Below, piece after piece: positions 59,997 through 64,000 of a DNA stretch of 64,000 bases. The position numbers and the translations under genes were made by a program. Each line of letters begins with the position of its first letter. Positions within the stretch are counted from its first letter, which is position 1. The notes under the pieces are model-generated. The model was given only the letters and a program-made list of their open reading frames with translations. It was not told where the DNA came from and did not search any database. The stretch is from an uncultured Candidatus Rokubacteria bacterium (lineage in GTDB: Bacteria; Methylomirabilota; Methylomirabilia; Rokubacteriales; CSP1-6): assembly GCA_963754315.1 (NCBI GenBank), contig CAVWFS010000001.1, forward strand, positions 160,001 through 224,000, read 5' to 3'.

Positions 59997-60473
59997 ATGG
60001 AACAGCGCACGTCCCGCCGCGAGTTTCTGCGGGTCGCCGGAGGAGTCGCGGCCGGCGTGGGGCTGGGATCCGTGGTCGCCGTCGAGCCCGCGCGGGCGAC
60101 CCCCGCCGCCATGCGAGAAGCCATCACCAAGGTGGTGGGCTCGGCTCGGGTCGCCCCTGGCAAGGTGAAGCTCGAGTTGCCGCCACTCATCGAGAACGGC
60201 AACGCCGTGCCGCTGACGGTCACCGTCGACAGCCCCATGACCGAGGCAGATCACGTGAGGGCCGTTCATGTCTTCACGGAAAAGAACCCGCAGCCCTACG
60301 TCGTGAGTTTCTACCTCGGACCGCGCGCCGGGCGGGCGAGGGTGGCGACCCGCGTCCGGCTCGCCGACTCGCAGACCGTGATCGCGATCTGCGAGCTCAG
60401 CAATGGCGCGTTCTGGTCCGACAGCGCCGAGATCGTGGTCACCCTCGCGGCGTGTCTGGAAGACGGAATCTAG
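59997..60473 (+). CDS. soxY: SoxY-like sulfur carrier with non-canonical C-terminus
   Basis: SRREFL Tat motif, P.LIENGNAVP, EKNP.P, TRVRL, ends VVTLAACLEDGI. Confidence 0.8.
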   Translation: MEQRTSRREFLRVAGGVAAGVGLGSVVAVEPARATPAAMREAITKVVGSARVAPGKVKLELPPLIENGNAVPLTVTVDSPMTEADHVRAVHVFTEKNPQPYVVSFYLGPRAGRARVATRVRLADSQTVIAICELSNGAFWSDSAEIVVTLAACLEDGI

Positions 60474-60475
60474 CC

Positions 60476-60796
60476 GTGGCAAGCGTACTGATCAACGTGC
60501 CGGCCCGGGCCAAGCGCGGCGAGGTCATCGAGATCAAGACGCTGATCTCGCACGTGATGGAGACTGGGTTTCGCCGCACCCAGCTCGGCGCGCCGATCCC
60601 GCGCGACATCATCAGACAGTTTGTGTGCACCTACAACGGCACCGAAATCTTCCGCGCCGAGCTCCACCCAGCCATCGCCGCCAACCCGTTCATCGTGTTC
60701 TCCACGGTGGCCACCGAGAGCGGTACCCTCGCGTTCCAGTGGACCGGCGACGGCGGCTTTTCTGTCAAGGAGTCGGCGGCGATTGTCGTGGAGTAG
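60476..60796 (+). CDS. soxZ: SoxZ carrier-complex subunit
   Basis: LISHVMETGFRR, IPRDII, AIAANPF, SGTL.FQWTGD. Confidence 0.88.
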   Translation: MASVLINVPARAKRGEVIEIKTLISHVMETGFRRTQLGAPIPRDIIRQFVCTYNGTEIFRAELHPAIAANPFIVFSTVATESGTLAFQWTGDGGFSVKESAAIVVE

Positions 60797-60834
60797 GGGC
60801 CGGGACTCACGCCCCCCCGGTGTTTGTCCCACTC

Positions 60835-61638
60835 ATGCTCCTCGATAAGCTGATCCGGCTCGTCGTGCACTGCTCGGTCGCCGCGGCGTGGGCGACCGCG
60901 CTGCCGGTGCTCGCGTACGCGGGCGAGATCCCGCCCGCCGAGCGGCGCTCCGGATACGACTTCATGAGCCGTGAGACCCGAGCGATGCAGGACGACGACA
61001 CTGCCAATCCCGGCCTGCTCTGGGTTCTGGAGGGCGAAGCCCTGTGGAAGCGGAAGGTAGGGTCGGCCGGCCGCGCGTGCGTCGACTGCCACGGCGAGGC
61101 TCGGGAGCGCATGAAGGGGGTGGCCGCGCGCTATCCCGCCTTCGACCCGGCGCGGGCCCGCCCGATCAATCTCGAGCAACGCATCAACCTCTGCCGCACC
61201 GATCAGCAGGCGGCGCCCCCGCTGGCCTATGAGAGCCGGGAGCTGCTGGCGCTGACCGCCTACATCGCGCGCCAGTCGCGAGGGTCGCCCATCGAGGCCG
61301 CCACCGACCCACGCACGCAGCCGTTCCTCGAGGCCGGCCGCGCCGCGTTTCAGCGGCGCCAGGGCCAGCTCAATCTGGCCTGCCATCAGTGTCACGACGA
61401 CCACTGGGGGCGACGACTGGCCGGGAACGTCATTCCCCAGGGGCACCCGACGGGGTATCCGCTCTATCGGCTGGAGTGGCAGGGCCTCGGCTCGCTCCAG
61501 CGGCGACTCCGCAACTGTCTGGTCGGCATGCGAGCGGAGCCGTACGAATACGGCGCCCCCGAGCTCGTTGATCTCGAGCTCTTCCTGATGTGGCGCGCGC
61601 GGGGTATGACCATCGACGCGCCTGCCGTGCGGCCCTGA
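60835..61638 (+). CDS. soxA: Diheme SoxA cytochrome
   Basis: NPGLLWV..GEALW, CVDCH, INLCR, GQLNLACHQCH, YPLYRLEWQ, RLRNC, PAVRP. Confidence 0.9.
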   Translation: MLLDKLIRLVVHCSVAAAWATALPVLAYAGEIPPAERRSGYDFMSRETRAMQDDDTANPGLLWVLEGEALWKRKVGSAGRACVDCHGEARERMKGVAARYPAFDPARARPINLEQRINLCRTDQQAAPPLAYESRELLALTAYIARQSRGSPIEAATDPRTQPFLEAGRAAFQRRQGQLNLACHQCHDDHWGRRLAGNVIPQGHPTGYPLYRLEWQGLGSLQRRLRNCLVGMRAEPYEYGAPELVDLELFLMWRARGMTIDAPAVRP

Positions 61639-61987
61639 GGCTGTCCCGCAACGTCGCTCTCCGACACCGGCCAAGCGGCGCCCTTCGTCTCTCTCAACGC
61701 CGCCGCGCCGAGCGACACACTCGGCGACAGCGCCAGCCTGCCGCCCCGGGCGATCTTCAGTAAAAGTTACCCAGGTCTCCTCGTCGTATACGCCCAGTTA
61801 TAGTGAGCCCCGCCCTTGACGGTCTTGACGTCCTGGCGCGCCGCGCTTCCTTGTCCTTCGCCACGCTCTGGTCCGAGTCAGTCATCTGTCAGTCGCCCTG
61901 GGTGAGACTGCTCCGTGGAGGGAACGATCGCCTCACCCAGTGGCGGGCGGGACCCACCGCCGATGATCGTTGACGAATTGGCGCCGC

Positions 61988-62144
61988 ATGCCGAAATACG
62001 TGATCGAGCGGGACGTCCTGGGATCGGAAAGAAGACGAGCGCCGAGCTGCGCGACATCGCGAAGACCTCGTGTGGCGTGGGTTCCCCGCCAACCGCATCT
62101 CCCAGGTCAGCGCCGTGAGCGATCGCGCAACCGCAAAGAGCTGA
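61988..62144 (+). pseudogene. DUF4242-like small protein remnant with internal deletion and frame breaks
   Basis: Pieces in different frames: MPKYVIERDV / GIGKKTSAELRDIAKTSCGV / FPANRISQVSAVSDRATAKS-stop; central part missing. Confidence 0.7.
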
Positions 62145-63135
62145 GGAGGGTGCGGCGCCCGACCGCGCGGCTGCGGCAGAGCCACGAGACACGCTCGTCG
62201 ACCTCGGCCCACGTCGGGTGCCATGCTGGATCGATGTCGCGTTGTCTCACCGCGTCTATTCGACCTGCTCGATCGCGCAGAACCGCCGGCAAAGCGTCCA
62301 GATAGGCGCGCGTGTTCTGCACCTCGACCCGTGCATCGGCCGCGACCTCATCGAGGCCGCGGCCGTCCTCTCGGACTGATAGCACGATCTCGCGAGCCAC
62401 CTGCTCATCGCCGAGCAGCACGTAACGTGCCCCCACCCGGACCCACTCGAGCCAGTGGTTGGCGAGTTGTCTCCGAAGGAGCTCTTGGCTCGGCGTCGCG
62501 GCCCGTGCCAGCTGGAACGTATGCTCGAGCGCGGCCAGGCGATCGAGCCTGTCGCCGCCGATCTCGTGCGAGTGGGGCAGGCAGTGCCGAACCACGCCTG
62601 GGAGGGTCCTGCCGAATGACGACAGCAGCTCGGCGGGGCTGAGGACGAGCCCGGCCGGGGTCGATGTGCCACCCACCACCACGCGGGCAGCAAGAGCGCG
62701 AGCGAACGTTGCCAGCCGACCTGAACACATGCCCTCGACCCACGCGAGCGCGGCCACCTCGTCGTCGGTGACGGGGTAGCGCTCGACCAGTTCGTCCAGT
62801 TCCTCTGCGTGCTCGTCCCGGAGCACGGCCCGCTCGATGTAGTCCAGCCAGCCCTCGGTGGTCAACCCGTGCTCGGCGAGCCAGGCTTCGGCCTCTTCCG
62901 CGCTGACCAGATCACGAGCGTACCTGAATTCGGTGGCAGCGGCGTCGACCGCCTGCGGGTCGGCCTCCTCGCTCTCATCATCGTTGTCGAGCGCCCGCTG
63001 ACAGGCGAGACCCTGGCGGATCTGGGTCTCGAGCTCTGCCCAGTCTCCTCGGAGATGGGCGGCCAGCAGGACGTCGGCCCAGTCGTAGCGAGCGTCGCCT
63101 ACGGCGAAGACGGGCCCGGCTGGCCAGCCGTCCAT
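62107..63135 (-). CDS. Hypothetical protein, SurA/PpiC-related-like; C-terminus possibly degenerate
   Basis: Acidic helical ORF with EFRYARDLVSAEEAEAWLAEHGLT and AREIVLSVREDG..LDEVA; 3' end overlaps the convergent remnant. Confidence 0.5.
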   Translation of the reverse strand: MDGWPAGPVFAVGDARYDWADVLLAAHLRGDWAELETQIRQGLACQRALDNDDESEEADPQAVDAAATEFRYARDLVSAEEAEAWLAEHGLTTEGWLDYIERAVLRDEHAEELDELVERYPVTDDEVAALAWVEGMCSGRLATFARALAARVVVGGTSTPAGLVLSPAELLSSFGRTLPGVVRHCLPHSHEIGGDRLDRLAALEHTFQLARAATPSQELLRRQLANHWLEWVRVGARYVLLGDEQVAREIVLSVREDGRGLDEVAADARVEVQNTRAYLDALPAVLRDRAGRIDAVRQRDIDPAWHPTWAEVDERVSWLCRSRAVGRRTLLSSLRLRDRSRR

Positions 63136-63197
63136 TCTCAATCCTATTCAACCCGCTCGAGGACTGTCAAAGCGGAGGGAAGCGAATTCCGTCAGGG

Positions 63198-63229
63198 GCG
63201 CCGGCGCGGCCAGGGAACCGCGCCGGCGC
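63198..63229 (-). terminator. 12-bp hairpin downstream of the amidohydrolase gene
   Basis: GCGCCGGCGCGG(63198-63209)/CCGCGCCGGCGC(63218-63229). Confidence 0.5.
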
Positions 63230-63248
63230 GATCGGCCCCGACCTAGCG

Positions 63249-64000
63249 CTAGGCGGAGCGCCCGCTCGGGTCGACGTAGCCGTAGCGGGTGTTGCTGTGG
63301 AGACCGCCCATGGCCACGTACTCGCCCTTGATGGCGGCGATCTTGTCGTGGGAGATCGCGCCGAGGGCCGTTCGCATCTGAAGATTGTAGAGACGGGCAG
63401 AGTTGCCGGCGAAGATGGCGCTCTTCACGACGCCGTCAGCGGCGCCGAGCGGCGCAAACCCGTGTTTCTGCTGCATGTCCGGGGGGATCTCCAGCCGTCG
63501 TAGCGCCTCGATCTGCCATTGCGGCGAACCGTACCAGACGGAGTCGCTCCCCCACACCACGTGATCGGCCCCCATGCCCCGCACGAGGGTGCCCAGGAAG
63601 GCGGCCGCGAAGCGTGGATTTGCCGTGCAGCAAGTTGCGAAAGCCGTCCCCACCTCCGCGTACACATTACTAACCCCGAACTTACCCGGGATCTCGGCGA
63701 GATCGGTCGCCCACTTGATGCGGCCGGTCTGCTCGAACTCGGCCAAGACGGCGCTCGGCGATTCCTGGAACGGCCGCAGGGCGGCGTGGTACATGACGAA
63801 GTTGATCTGGGGCCAGTCCTTGGCGGCCTTGCCCACGTCCCGCACAGTCGCGTACTCCCAGACTCCGGGCCACGTCTTCTCGTAGTCGGCGGGGAGGAGG
63901 CCCTTGTGAATGCAGACGGTGGTGATCCCGGACTTGGCAATCTTTTCGTAGAAGGGATACATCACCTTCTCGTCGTCGAGCCACCAGAAGGAGCCGCGCT
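63249..64000 (-). CDS. Amidohydrolase_2 family protein, 5' end outside window
   Basis: YPFYEK, CIHKG, FVMYH, NVYAEVG, VWGSDSVWYGSPQWQI, NSARLY. Confidence 0.85.
   Translation of the reverse strand, partial: RGSFWWLDDEKVMYPFYEKIAKSGITTVCIHKGLLPADYEKTWPGVWEYATVRDVGKAAKDWPQINFVMYHAALRPFQESPSAVLAEFEQTGRIKWATDLAEIPGKFGVSNVYAEVGTAFATCCTANPRFAAAFLGTLVRGMGADHVVWGSDSVWYGSPQWQIEALRRLEIPPDMQQKHGFAPLGAADGVVKSAIFAGNSARLYNLQMRTALGAISHDKIAAIKGEYVAMGGLHSNTRYGYVDPSGRSA

Overview
High-GC, gene-dense bacterial window with about 55 CDS and no rRNA, tRNA, CRISPR array or recognisable transposase/integrase. Gene content and the palindromic repeat family suggest a Rokubacteria/Methylomirabilota-like organism (inference only). 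In order: metE C-terminus and metF with a Zn-finger tail, an MDR oxidoreductase, and a sulfatase divergent from a Liv-type ABC/LLM/SDR operon. Next come an orphan 7TM-GAF-PAS kinase, a PfkB kinase, a UvrD-nuclease fusion, an sxtJ/I/K-like carbamoyltransferase triad and a polyphosphate cluster (sixA, ROK kinase, ppx, ppk1). Then tcuA, a DinG-like helicase, a solo form-II CoxL-like subunit, a heme-c class III cyclase, a 6-unit tandem array of a palindromic repeat, apt, and CoA-metabolism genes. A GntR-controlled catabolic operon with a perfect 18-bp operator follows. The most interesting locus is an operon joining a Tat-exported IorAB-type molybdo-hydroxylase to cytochrome c, soxF, soxX, soxY, soxZ and soxA, with a non-canonical SoxY tail and no soxB/soxCD. 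The window ends in a decayed region. Eight genes carry frame breaks, all net +1 insertions, which look like read-consensus errors rather than pseudogenisation.
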